Under the pieces are notes generated by a model. It searched no databases. It was given only the letters and a program-made list of their open reading frames with translations, and was not told where the DNA came from. Below, piece after piece: positions 30,329 to 40,838 of a DNA stretch of 64,000 bases (its first letter is position 1; each line of letters opens with the position of its first letter). Origin of the DNA: an uncultured Chlamydiae bacterium (GTDB lineage: Bacteria; Chlamydiota; Chlamydiia; Chlamydiales; SM23-39); contig CAWHDP010000001.1 in the NCBI GenBank assembly GCA_963828125.1, positions 256,001 through 320,000 on the forward strand, written 5' to 3'. A program made the translations under genes and the position numbers.

Positions 30329-31087
30329 ATGCGTGAGCTAACAATAAACGACGAATTCAGGAATCTTTTGCCACAGCTGTCAGATGATGAATTTTCTGCT
30401 CTGGAAAAGAATATCGTAGACGAGGGGGGGATACACAGTCCTATCATCGTTTGGAACAATACCATTATCGATGGTCATAACCGCTATGCGATATGTACGA
30501 AAAATAATATAAAATTTCACACGGAAGAAAGACGATTCAGCAATGAAGGAGAGGTTAAGATATGGATCATTCGCAACCAATTTGCAAGGCGGAATATCAA
30601 TAGATTTGTGCGAGGTGAGCTGGCTCTGAAGCTCAAGAATGAGCTGGCGAATATTGGAAAGCAACACATGGCAGATGGTTTGGAGAATTCTACAAACCTA
30701 GATACTCGCCTAGAGATCGCGAAAACAGCGAATGTATCAGATAACACTATCCACCGCGTCGAAAAAATCTTGTCGAGCGGTAACGAAGATCTAATCAAAA
30801 AATGTCGCGATGGCGAAGCGACTGTCAATGAGGCATACAAGAGCTTGAAGGCGCCTTCCGACATGGCGCAGTCCGGTGCCGTGCAAACCAATAGTCCTGT
30901 ACCATCAAAAGTGATTGCGAAGCTGCGAAATATAGCCGAAAACGCAAATGAGATCCGCGATGATCTATCAGATGATGACAAAGATGACATTCGATCAGTC
31001 GTGGAGATACTGAACGATGTTGCGCCGCCTCTGGAAGAGGGCGCAAGGCTTGCAGAAACGCCCCTAGAATCAGTTAACGCTGGTTGA
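30329..31087 (+). CDS. ParB-like N-terminal domain protein
   Basis: LLPQLS..E...LE.NI..EG...PIIVW...IIDGHNRY.IC; NQFARRN; HTH-like region. Confidence 0.75.
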   Translation: MRELTINDEFRNLLPQLSDDEFSALEKNIVDEGGIHSPIIVWNNTIIDGHNRYAICTKNNIKFHTEERRFSNEGEVKIWIIRNQFARRNINRFVRGELALKLKNELANIGKQHMADGLENSTNLDTRLEIAKTANVSDNTIHRVEKILSSGNEDLIKKCRDGEATVNEAYKSLKAPSDMAQSGAVQTNSPVPSKVIAKLRNIAENANEIRDDLSDDDKDDIRSVVEILNDVAPPLEEGARLAETPLESVNAG

Positions 31088-31155
31088 GCAACAGAAGGGA
31101 AAAGGATGATGGATGAGGATCAAATAGACAGTTTTACCATCCTTGAGGTCGGTGA

Positions 31156-31368
31156 ATGGGAAAGAAACGAAAGCTAGCGAATGAAGAGACAGAGAAGCGC
31201 AAAAAGTTGCTAAAGTCATTCAACGAACGGATGAGTCGTTTTCAAAGAGCAATGAAGGGGAATGTTGATGCTCTTGTGGAGTGCATGTACGAAGGCAATA
31301 TGTGCAGCAAAGAGGATTTAAATGATTATTACAATACATCAATAAATCTGGATAAGCCATACCGATAG
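31156..31368 (+). CDS. Small hypothetical protein
   Basis: 70-aa ORF with GAGG RBS, abutting the next HTH gene. Confidence 0.5.
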   Translation: MGKKRKLANEETEKRKKLLKSFNERMSRFQRAMKGNVDALVECMYEGNMCSKEDLNDYYNTSINLDKPYR

Positions 31369-31372
31369 TATT

Positions 31373-31795
31373 ATGAAAACGGCAGAAGAAAAGCAAACAT
31401 TCATAGAGATGAGAGCCAAAGGCATCTCGTTCGATAAAATTGCCAAGAAGCTTGAAATTTCGAAGCCCACCCTTTTGAAATGGAATCAGGACTACAACAA
31501 AGAAATTGCAAACCTGCGCTATTTTCAATTTGAATCCATCATTGCTCAGTTTCGGCTTGAACAGGGGGCCAGGGTTGAATCGATGGCCGCGATTTTAAGC
31601 AAGGCTCTGGAAGAGTTGAAATCGAGATCCTTTGAGGGACTCAGCGCAAAGGATCTTCTTAGCATTATTGAGCAGACCGGCGAAAGATTGCGGGGCGAGT
31701 TTTCTGGTGTTCGATACGTTACTGACGAATGGAAAGATCCAGGCAGCCTAGACGATGAAATCCTTGCTCCAAAAACTTTACCGTTTCCTTACTAA
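31373..31795 (+). CDS. Helix-turn-helix protein (paralog of 11989-12414)
   Basis: EMRAKGISFDKIAKKLEISKPTLLKW. Confidence 0.8.
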   Translation: MKTAEEKQTFIEMRAKGISFDKIAKKLEISKPTLLKWNQDYNKEIANLRYFQFESIIAQFRLEQGARVESMAAILSKALEELKSRSFEGLSAKDLLSIIEQTGERLRGEFSGVRYVTDEWKDPGSLDDEILAPKTLPFPY

Positions 31796-31832
31796 AAGTT
31801 GACCGAATTTTATCGAAACTGTGAGGAGGGAA

Positions 31833-33248
31833 TCAAACTCCATCCCATTCCGCTCCGTGCTTCAAAAGCAGAGCAATGATTTCGCGATTTCCACCTTCTA
31901 CAGCCATTTTGATCGGAACTTTCCCATTGTCTCCGACGAAGTTGACTGGATGCCCAGCATCTAATAAGACCCTTACTAGTTGAGAGTTGTCATTTTGAAT
32001 AGCTGTCATCAAAAGGACTCCTTGCTTTTTAGTTTCGTTCGCTTTTTGTCTAGCTAAAAAATCTAAATTGTTTGTTAAAGCATTTAATGCTTTCATGAAT
32101 TGTTCCGGAGTACGTAAATTCACATATTGTTGAAGATGTATGAGGTTAGTCCAATCTAGCGTATTTGGTACGATACCGATGGATCGATTTGTGATAAAAA
32201 TCGGTTTCGCACCGTGCTCAAGAAGAAGCCCGGCAATATCTGCACGATTTGATATCACAGCCTGGTATAACGGATTGTAACTCAAATTCCCATTGGTTAT
32301 TGTAACCGGATATTCTATAAGATAATATTGATTTTTGTATATGCAATGGATTGTCGGAGAAAAAGGCTGATCGCATTTTACTCCACGCTCTATAAGCAGC
32401 GAGATAATAGCAATATCCCCCTGCTCGACAGCAGCGGTCATTAATGAATACTCATCATTTTTAATAAAAATATTTGTTCCACTATTGAAATGTCGCTGTT
32501 CTAATTCAGTATAGTCGCATGAAATACCATTTTTTATCAGTAGTTGCAAAAAAGACGATGAAATATTTTTATTCTTCATCGCGTAAAGAAGACTTTGCCC
32601 TCCATTTGGCATTTTAGTCATGTCAAATCCTGATTGTATAAGGAGCTTTGCAGCTAGTTCATTATTTGATTGAATTGCAACGTCCATGAGTCGGTTGTTT
32701 TTATTTATATTAATTCCAGTCTTTAATAGGACCTCTATTCCATCATTAAACTTATAGAGCATAGCAGACTCAATATGATCAGGGCCAAACACGGAACCAA
32801 CAGTCAATACCAATTGAACTGCTTTTATTAGTTTAGATTGGATTACAGTATTCAGTGTATCGCCAGCTACCATGTTTGGCTTGAATCCAGACCGGAGAAG
32901 TAAATCAACCCCTTCCTCAGAAAGATTGCTTATTGCAAAATCAAAAACCTTCGAATCAAGGGTGGCCTTTTTTTGAATTAACAATCTTGCGATCGACATG
33001 TCGTTTTGCTTAAACGCGACTTGAAGAGGTGTGCCTTGATCTGATGATTTATTGACATCCATTCCGCTATCTAGTAACAACGTAATGGCTCTTTCATCAC
33101 CCATTTTAACTGCATAATGCAAAGTAGGGATTTTATCTGGATTGTTTGCGTATTTTGTCAAAACGTCGAGCAGGTCGTCATTCGGAGTGATTGCGCCCAT
33201 GAACTGCTTCTCAACTGTCTGTTTTAAAACGGTATTTTCTGTTCTCAT
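31833..33248 (-). CDS. Ankyrin repeat protein
   Basis: Repeated TLHYAV..GD, TPLQVA, PLYQAV...LLLEHGA motifs. Confidence 0.87.
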   Translation of the reverse strand: MRTENTVLKQTVEKQFMGAITPNDDLLDVLTKYANNPDKIPTLHYAVKMGDERAITLLLDSGMDVNKSSDQGTPLQVAFKQNDMSIARLLIQKKATLDSKVFDFAISNLSEEGVDLLLRSGFKPNMVAGDTLNTVIQSKLIKAVQLVLTVGSVFGPDHIESAMLYKFNDGIEVLLKTGININKNNRLMDVAIQSNNELAAKLLIQSGFDMTKMPNGGQSLLYAMKNKNISSSFLQLLIKNGISCDYTELEQRHFNSGTNIFIKNDEYSLMTAAVEQGDIAIISLLIERGVKCDQPFSPTIHCIYKNQYYLIEYPVTITNGNLSYNPLYQAVISNRADIAGLLLEHGAKPIFITNRSIGIVPNTLDWTNLIHLQQYVNLRTPEQFMKALNALTNNLDFLARQKANETKKQGVLLMTAIQNDNSQLVRVLLDAGHPVNFVGDNGKVPIKMAVEGGNREIIALLLKHGAEWDGV

Positions 33249-33292
33249 TCTTCTTTGTCCTGCGCGGGCAGAACTGCCTGCAACAACCGACA

Positions 33293-34857
33293 GGGCGCAT
33301 TCCCATTTTCTGGGTAGCCACCTGACGGTCTATGCTGCATAGGGCAGGCCTCCCTCATAAGCCATCTTTTTTAACAGATTCCAGCGCCCGCTCTTGTAAT
33401 ACGCTCGCAGCAACAACACTTCTTCTGCGGTATCTTCTTTCCAGAAGATGCAGGGGCTTTTCAGCCTCAGATTGATCACTCGCCGCACCGCACTTTCGAT
33501 TGCCCCGCTCCCTATCGGCATCTTGAGAGCTGCAACTTCCTTGTAGCAGAGCCGTTTTCGGTTATTGACGAAGTACATCAGCTCTCGCTGGAGGAGTTGA
33601 CTCTTTGATCCCTTCGCCGCCGTTTGTAAATTCTCGATCACTTGATTGGTCCCGCCGTTCTTGAGCAGGTGTTTCTGCCGCGATATCCATTGCTTCCGCT
33701 TTCTTCTGGACCATTGGCGCTTCAGTTCCGCGAACGCATGCAAATGCTGCACCGCATGGTAAAAATCGATTAACTCCAGGATTTTACAGCGTACGCCACC
33801 CATGTCGAGCATTTTCCTGGCGAGTTGCACCGAGTCCCATATCCAGTGGGCCCCGTCAGCGACGAACAGTATCTGGTCCACTGCGCTAAGGTTTAATGAC
33901 CGGAGATAAATGTGCATGAAGGAGAACAGAACGTCGATCCCTTTCAAGGTGCCGTCTATAATCGGCAGGATCCTCTTATCGACTCTCCCGTCGTCATTCA
34001 CAACGTAAATGATCAGCAATTTTGGCTCCCGCCAATCTGTCTTGTAGCGAGCCCTATTCTTCTTTGTCCGGCGGCCCTGCTTTGCCGTTCGGATCCGGAG
34101 ACGGCCTCCATCTGACGACAAGACAACCCTTCGGCCTTGTAGATCTTCTGTACGCAGCATCGCGATTACCGACTCTGCCTTCTGACCTGCTCTTGCCCGA
34201 GATGCAAAGCGTTTGGCCACATTTCTTACTGTCTTGATGTCCAGCGAACAGCCGCGAGACCCCATCATATGTTTAGCCTCTTCCATGGAACAGAGGGCTG
34301 CGGTGGCTTGTGCGACCTCAGACGCCAAGAAGGGCGTGCAGTGATCGTAGATCCCCAGAAGATGCAATTCCGGATAAAGGCCTTTGCCGCGTCTTCCAGC
34401 CGAGCCTTTTCTAGACCAGTAAGCAACACTTAAGGGGAGCGACGTGCCTCCAGAGAACCTGACCTGAACGAGCACACGTCCCTTATTGACCATCGATTTA
34501 CGAACGCTGTGGGAGAGTTCTAGAGAGGATGCACGGAACGCTTCGTCCTCATCGATGGTTTGCTGTACCTTGTGAGCAACGATGAGATCTCCCAGCTCTC
34601 TTGTGAGAGCTTGTACTTCTCGTTCGAGTTTTTCCAGATCTTGCTCGTTGTGAATTTTGTCATTTCGAGAGATGATTTTCAGGATTTGCTCATTTACGGC
34701 TTGAATTTTGGCGGTGAGATCTTTAGAATTTTGTGCTGTGCCTATACGCATGATGTTCCCTTTGTGTTTTGCGATTCAAAGAGTATCAGTGCTTTAGGCA
34801 CTTTTTTTAAATAAAAATTTCAGTTTACGAGGCTACCCAGAAAATGGGAATGCGCCC
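33293..34857 (-). mobile_element. ISKra4-family-like insertion sequence
   Basis: Perfect 27-bp inverted repeats GGGCGCATTCCCATTTTCTGGGTAGCC; no target duplication. Confidence 0.9.
33330..34751 (-). CDS. ISKra4-family-like DDE transposase
   Basis: SSDGG, WREPK, ADGAHWIW, DFYHA..HL, IGSGAIES motifs. Confidence 0.85.
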   Translation of the reverse strand: MRIGTAQNSKDLTAKIQAVNEQILKIISRNDKIHNEQDLEKLEREVQALTRELGDLIVAHKVQQTIDEDEAFRASSLELSHSVRKSMVNKGRVLVQVRFSGGTSLPLSVAYWSRKGSAGRRGKGLYPELHLLGIYDHCTPFLASEVAQATAALCSMEEAKHMMGSRGCSLDIKTVRNVAKRFASRARAGQKAESVIAMLRTEDLQGRRVVLSSDGGRLRIRTAKQGRRTKKNRARYKTDWREPKLLIIYVVNDDGRVDKRILPIIDGTLKGIDVLFSFMHIYLRSLNLSAVDQILFVADGAHWIWDSVQLARKMLDMGGVRCKILELIDFYHAVQHLHAFAELKRQWSRRKRKQWISRQKHLLKNGGTNQVIENLQTAAKGSKSQLLQRELMYFVNNRKRLCYKEVAALKMPIGSGAIESAVRRVINLRLKSPCIFWKEDTAEEVLLLRAYYKSGRWNLLKKMAYEGGLPYAA

Positions 34858-35184
34858 ATCAATCTTTGCTTGTTTAAATCTCTGGAGAATTAGTTCGATC
34901 TCCTGTTTGGGTGTTGCGATGCCTTTCTTGCTCTTTTTCTGAACAACGTGAAGTACTGCCACCACCTCTTTGAATTCTACCGTATATGCAGTCCTGAAGG
35001 TTCCCTCTCGCTCATCGACCACGATCTCTCGGATAGGCTCGTGCAAGTGCTTCAGGGGCTTGGTGTTCCCAGGGTCTCTTTCTTTTTGAATCTCTCTCAA
35101 TGAGTGACCAAATTCTCTCTGCACGTCTGGGGGCAGCTCTTTTAGGTCTTTTTTGGAGCTGCCTACCCATAGAATAGGCTTCAT
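34825..35184 (-). pseudogene. RelE/HigB toxin copy truncated by the IS, antitoxin lost
   Basis: Near-identical to 52374-52727, but the C-terminal YHEWKREQ is replaced by IS inverted-repeat sequence. Confidence 0.8.
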
Positions 35185-35514
35185 GGGAACGCGATATTTC
35201 ATACCTCTTATAATTATCAATATTGGTAATTTTCTTCTAGACAAGAATTTATTTTAAGGTGAGGGGGGTCAACTCGCGAAACGGATTGTAACGCACGTTA
35301 AGACTTTATCGGCAATCGTAGCTGCCTAAAATTCGTTCCATTGGGCTTCAACCCCTATAACGGAAATCCAACGGAGTAGCCAATCGCCAGCCTTTGAAAT
35401 GGATTGACCTCGATTGACAATATTTTCTAGCAATAATCTAGTTTTTTCTATAGACTTTGCCAAGCAAAGGTGATTTAAGGTCATCTGAAGTATTTGGCGG
35501 AGACGGCTCCCCAA

Positions 35515-35561
35515 GACTGTTAATCCATTGGTCGAATGTTCGAATCATTCACCCGGAGTTT
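35515..35561 (+). repeat. att core copy 3 (variant T stem GAATG/CATTC)
   Basis: tRNA 3' half with two compensatory substitutions. Confidence 0.93.
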
Positions 35562-35841
35562 GTCTACCTTTAACTGGGGCATGCTCTACCTCAAAGAGAA
35601 GCTCTCCTACATTTTCGAAAAACCGTTTGGCAATCAAGTGACTACCTTCCTCACCGGCATTCCAGAGACATTTTCAGTGGCAGCACTCACCCAAAATCTC
35701 AACCTCGGCTCCCTCAGCCTCGAATTCTTCGCCTCGATCGGCCATCGCTCGCCGATAGGCATCGTGCTCAGCTACGACGGCGAATTCGGTTCTAACTATA
35801 TCGCAAATGAGGTCATGCTCACCCTCAGCAAAAGCTTTTGA
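35562..35841 (+). pseudogene. C-terminal fragment of an autotransporter-like beta-barrel
   Basis: Amphipathic strands ending SYDGEFGSNY...LTLSKSF; no independent start. Confidence 0.5.
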
Positions 35842-35849
35842 ACTGGCAA

Positions 35850-36521
35850 TTAGTAATTCCAGCCAACTCCACCACCTACAGCGACTCCACCCGCTTGAGT
35901 ATTTAATGCTTTGACGTCATGCTTGTGGCTATGCGTTTTGACACTCCCGAGAGAACTGTTTACAAATGTATTGATTGTGAGGCGTTTATAAAAATAAGAG
36001 AGGCCCGCAGTTGCTACTCCTCCTATGCCCTGAGTAAAGTTATGGCGCTCTAGATAGCTTACTTCATTTTTTGCCCCAACAAAATACCATCTTGATCCTA
36101 GCAGAAAATAGGGTTGCAAAACATTGTTGCCTGATTCCCAAATTTTTATAGAAGCTTGAAGACCCACTGTAAGTGGTGCAATCCAAATACTGGTTTTGGA
36201 TCCCGAACCTGTAGAGCGCCCGGCTTTGTAGAAGTAATCTCCACTGATGAAACAACCAAAATAGCAATTCCAATTGTAAGTTAGTACAAGCTGGTAATCC
36301 GCTCCTCCTTCACCAATGACTGTGCGTAGAGATTCTGAAAAAGGGTGAAAGTAGCCAACGTTAAAATTAACAAACCAATTTCTACACATAGGTTGTTTGG
36401 AAACCGAATTGAAATCCGAACTATTTTTGATCACGCCTTTTTTTATCATGCCTTTCTTTTCCTCACCTGCCAAAACGGAAACAGTTAACAGGATTAAGGT
36501 AGCTAAAAGATATTTTCTCAT
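35850..36521 (-). CDS. Small outer-membrane beta-barrel protein
   Basis: Signal peptide, alternating aromatic strands, C-terminal GGVGWNY. Confidence 0.72.
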   Translation of the reverse strand: MRKYLLATLILLTVSVLAGEEKKGMIKKGVIKNSSDFNSVSKQPMCRNWFVNFNVGYFHPFSESLRTVIGEGGADYQLVLTYNWNCYFGCFISGDYFYKAGRSTGSGSKTSIWIAPLTVGLQASIKIWESGNNVLQPYFLLGSRWYFVGAKNEVSYLERHNFTQGIGGVATAGLSYFYKRLTINTFVNSSLGSVKTHSHKHDVKALNTQAGGVAVGGGVGWNY

Positions 36522-36523
36522 TA

Positions 36524-37902
36524 TTAGTCCACTGTTATCTCTAAACTGGTTGAACTTTCAGTCCCATCTTCAAAAAGGCTGCTGATTTGATAAGTATCTA
36601 CCCCATTTTTGGGGCGGTTATAGTCCATATAAAATAGTTGTTTTATACCTTCAGCAATTAGACTTCCATTTCTTCGGATGTTGTACCCTACAACTCCTGA
36701 GGAAACCGAAGCAGTCCAGTTCAATTCATTATACCATTCTAAAAGCAGGGCAAAGCGATTTTTTACACGGTTTCCTTTGCCGTTTGTAGGGGGAAGTTGG
36801 TCTGGCTGGCCAACAACCGTTGTAAAGTATGGAACGTATGGAAATGCCAAATTTCCCCAGGCGGCAATTGCGGTGGAAGCATCAAGCAAGAGGCCTACGT
36901 AAACATCTTGACTGGAGCCAGTCGATGTTCCTAGGGGGATCGGAGCGCCGTCCCCCCAGGATCCGGAACTATAAAGTGAATAATAAGGTACGTGAGAGCT
37001 TAAATCTTTCCAAGTTGCTACTAATTGGCCTGTACTTGGGCCTTGGGTGACATGAATGCTACCCCAAACTCCAATGGAGGAGCCAAGAGGAATCGATCCT
37101 GTCGTCCAGGTTCCCCCATTATATATCGAGTAGAAAGGGGCATCGGTATCGCCATCGGGCCACACTGCCACCATTTCTCCGCTATTTGGACCTTGTGCCA
37201 CATAGACGTTGGTGTAGATACTTGTTGAGGTTCCAAGAGGAATTGTACTGGGTGTGGCCCATGCTCCGCCACTATAAATTGAGTAATAGGCTTCTAGGTT
37301 ATCACTATCGGTCCAAGTTGCCATTAGTGTTTCTGAAGAGGGGCCTTGTGAAATAAATACATCTAGATAGACTCCGTTAGAAGATCCTACAGGAATGGCG
37401 CCGGTTGTCCAGGTTCCGGAGCTATAAATGGAGTAGTAAGGATTGTTGGGGGCAGAGTCATTTGCCCAAGCGGCAGTGACCTCACCATTATTTGGACCAA
37501 CGGCAAGAACGACATCATAGTTACATCCGTTCGAAGGACCCAGAGTAATCGTTCCGGTTGCCCATGAGATGCCATCATAAATTGAGTAGTAAGGGTACCC
37601 CGTAGACCTGTCATTCCAAGCTGCCATTACATCATTTGAGTTAGGTCCTAGGGCTGTATAGATATTGTTCAAAACTGATCCTGAAGCTTCTAAAGAGATG
37701 GCACCCGTTGTCCAAGTTCCGTTATCGTAGATCGAGTAGTAGGGAGCATACGTATCTACATCAGCCCATGTAGCAATAGCATTTCCTGCGTTAGGGCCAG
37801 GATTTATCGTGATGGCTGTAGAACCAACTCCGGAAGAAGCGCCCGGGGGTATTTCTTCAGCCACATTCCAATCCAAAGAATCTGCTGAAAGAGATGTAGT
37901 AA
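36524..37902 (-). pseudogene. Beta-propeller-like repeat surface protein with C-terminal Fn3-like domain, 5' end removed by IS1634
   Basis: Six ~50-aa repeats GP...A.W.D...PYYSIY..G.W plus a partial seventh; LNWTAS...GYNIRRNG; the start codon lies inside the IS repeat. Confidence 0.7.
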
Positions 37903-38745
37903 CCCACATTCCGCACCCTCTCAGCTGTTAGCATAGATTTTTTCAAATTGAGGACCAAGAATGGCTAAGACATGGCTCCGAACGGGATTCATGTTCAGAA
38001 TGATTTCCTCTATTTTGCCTCCTATTGTCCGAATTAAAAGGTGCACTCCCTCAAAAAGCTGAAAGATCCAGCGCATTGTGGGGGTTCGTGTTGCTTTTCC
38101 CAATTGATTCGGTACGCAAGCTTTAGCTCGTTCTAGACTCTGCCGTAAATACCGTTGTGCAATCGTGTAGACTAGCAAACAGAGGCACATCACCATAGCA
38201 AGAGCAATAATTTTTTTCTCACTTTTCAAATATACAGCCGGCGTCATGAAGGCAGGCTCTTTTAAAAAGCGAAAACCCCGTTCCACCGATTGTTGGCCTT
38301 TGTAATTTTGTAAAAGTTCTTTGCTTGTTAGAAGAGCTTCATCTAATTCGTTGGTTGCAATAATGAATCTCCCTTTTGTTTTAAGAATGTGATCGATTTT
38401 ATTTGGATCTTCTTTAAGCTGTGTTTTGACGCGGTAGTGATGAGTCACTAGCGCCCCTGCTTTAGGTCTGCCCTTTCCTCGGTGTGTTTTTTTAGATGTG
38501 ATTTCTATTTCATTCAGGCAGTGATATTTGAGTTTTTTACTCCAGCGTAGTACAGCCTCTTTCGCATCATTTTCACAATCAAAGTCGGTTCGCAGCCATC
38601 GATTCAGTTCACGCTTTTGCTCTTCATTCTCTTTTTGAACTTGTCTTCTAAGTGTTTTTTCTTCGCGTATGTATGCTTGTTGTCAGGCGACAGTGTAAAA
38701 TGACCCCCTTTCGACATTGAAAAGTGACCCACCCCCCTATTTGAA

Positions 38746-40047
38746 GTGAGAGTAAGCATGGAACCCAATAAAATCTCTGCTGTTGTAACAGGAGACAGTA
38801 AAGAGAGAATGGAACCACCTAATGTCGTAGAGAAAATTTTATATTTGTCATCAGAAGGGTGGGGTAAAAGACGGATTGCCAAAGAGCTTGGAATTAGTGC
38901 CAATACCGTTAAACACTACCGGCGACAAGGGAAATGGCGCCCGTATAATATTCCCAAAAGAATTAAGAGGCTGGAAGCATTAGATGTCTGGCTCGAAGAA
39001 ATGTTTAACCTCCATAAAGGTAATGCAGAGGTTATCCGCCAAGAGTTGGTTCGTCAACACAATCTGCAAGCTGATCTACGCACTGTCGAAAGAGCAGTTA
39101 AACTATTTAGACAAAGGGTCTTTGCTTCAGCAAAGGCGACGATTCGGTTTGAGACGCCGCCGGGCAAGCAGATGCAAATTGACTTTGGATCGATTACTAT
39201 CAAGATTGCAGGAGAGCCGAAGAAGATCTATTTTTTCGCGGCAGTTCTTGGTTTTTCACGCCGCCAATATATACAGGCCTTTATCCATGAACGACAATCG
39301 GCCTGGTTTGAGGGGCTTGAAGGAGCCTTTAACCATTTTGGAGGGATCCCATCAGAAGTCTTAATGGACAATCCAAAGCCACTTGTTATCAGTCACAACC
39401 CGCAGACACGAGAAGTGGTGTTCAATGAACGCCTACATGCGTTTGCTAACTATTGGAAATTCAAGCCCAAAGCATGCGCCCCTTATAGAGCAAGAACGAA
39501 GGGGAAGGACGAAAACACGGTCAAATATTTTAAGTATAATGGAATTGCCGGAAGGGAGTTCTCAAGCTGGGAGGCTCTTGGCGAACATATCGTTTGGTGG
39601 ATGAGAGATATTTCAGACCTCAGAATCCATGGGACTACTGGAGAAAAACCAATCGATCGCTTTGAGAAAGAAGAAAAAGCTGTTCTTCAACCGCTAAATG
39701 GGAAGCCACCTTTCTATTTGGGAAGAGAGATGCAAAGATCGGTCCATACGGATGCTTGTGTGGAGGTGGATACAAATTTTTACAGTGTGCCATGGCACTT
39801 CATTAAAAAAGAGGTCACAGTACAATTAACCGAAACTGAAGTCAAAATCCTCTATGATGCTGACGAAATAGCCCGTCACCCTGTCTGCATAGGAGAGAGG
39901 CAACGCTCCATCAATCCTCATCATTTAAAGGGAATCGTAGGGGCTAATTGGTGCATGAAAATGGAAGTTCCAAATGCTCCAATCAAACCTGCCGAGCTGC
40001 TTCGTCCTCTTACCGAGTATGAAGCTATTACCGGAGGAGGTTGGTAA
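38746..40047 (+). CDS. istA: IS21 transposase IstA
   Basis: RFETPPG.Q.Q.DFG, DNPK, PYRARTKGKDE, HGTTGE.P motifs; start uncertain. Confidence 0.93.
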   Translation: MRVSMEPNKISAVVTGDSKERMEPPNVVEKILYLSSEGWGKRRIAKELGISANTVKHYRRQGKWRPYNIPKRIKRLEALDVWLEEMFNLHKGNAEVIRQELVRQHNLQADLRTVERAVKLFRQRVFASAKATIRFETPPGKQMQIDFGSITIKIAGEPKKIYFFAAVLGFSRRQYIQAFIHERQSAWFEGLEGAFNHFGGIPSEVLMDNPKPLVISHNPQTREVVFNERLHAFANYWKFKPKACAPYRARTKGKDENTVKYFKYNGIAGREFSSWEALGEHIVWWMRDISDLRIHGTTGEKPIDRFEKEEKAVLQPLNGKPPFYLGREMQRSVHTDACVEVDTNFYSVPWHFIKKEVTVQLTETEVKILYDADEIARHPVCIGERQRSINPHHLKGIVGANWCMKMEVPNAPIKPAELLRPLTEYEAITGGGW

Positions 40048-40838
40048 TGACCATCAATCATGAAAATCTTGTAGCTACACTCCACCGATTGAAACTCTCA
40101 ACTATCCGAGACAAACTCGACAACCTTCTCGATGAAGCATCTCGTAAGAAAATGAATTTACGAGAAGCTCTAGCTTTTTTTTGCGAACAAGAAATGCAGC
40201 AGAGAGAACACACCCGTAATCGCCGTGGATTCTCGATGGCTAAATTCCCCTATGCAAGAACTCTTGAACAGTTTGATTTTAGTGCGCAGCCATCATTGGA
40301 TGCCGGTCAAATACGCGAACTTGGAACTTGTCGTTGGATTGCCAATGGAGATGCTCTTCTGTTATTAGGCCCTCCTGGAGTTGGGAAAACTCATTTAGCT
40401 GTTGCGCTTGGCAATGAAGCCATTCGGTTAGGATACACAGTTCTTTTTACTCCGGCGACCACTCTTTTGACCCAGCTCGCTCGGGCTCACCAAGAAGGTC
40501 GTCTTGAAGACAAGATTGTTTGGTATTCGAAACCCAAATTGCTGATTATCGATGAACTTGGATATCTTCCCTTTGATCCGAAAGCGGCTCATTTATTTTT
40601 TCAGTTGATCTCCCGACGATACGAGAAAGGAAGTACCTTAATTACGAGTAATCGTTCAGTCAGCGAATGGGGGGAAGTTTTTGGCGATACTGTAGTTGCA
40701 ACAGCAATTTTAGATCGCCTCTTGCATCACAGCCATGTAGTCACTATTCGCGGAGAAAGTTATCGGCTGAAAGAAAAACGAAAATCTGGATTGGTTAAAA
40801 CAACAGTCCTTCAATCGGAGACTCTAGAAGGGAAGTAA
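40047..40838 (+). CDS. istB: IS21 helper ATPase IstB
   Basis: GPPGVGKTHLA, IIDELGY, AILDRLLHH, GESYR. Confidence 0.95.
   Translation: MTINHENLVATLHRLKLSTIRDKLDNLLDEASRKKMNLREALAFFCEQEMQQREHTRNRRGFSMAKFPYARTLEQFDFSAQPSLDAGQIRELGTCRWIANGDALLLLGPPGVGKTHLAVALGNEAIRLGYTVLFTPATTLLTQLARAHQEGRLEDKIVWYSKPKLLIIDELGYLPFDPKAAHLFFQLISRRYEKGSTLITSNRSVSEWGEVFGDTVVATAILDRLLHHSHVVTIRGESYRLKEKRKSGLVKTTVLQSETLEGK

Larger units (their letters stand above)
34858..36324 (+). repeat. Segment duplicated at 52401-53395
   Basis: Near-identical relE-arm-att-OMP sequence; the second copy has internal deletions. Confidence 0.92.

Noticed and set aside
7181..35561. Complete prophage or conjugative element
   Set aside because: No capsid, large terminase, tail, lysis, relaxase or type IV secretion genes were recognised.
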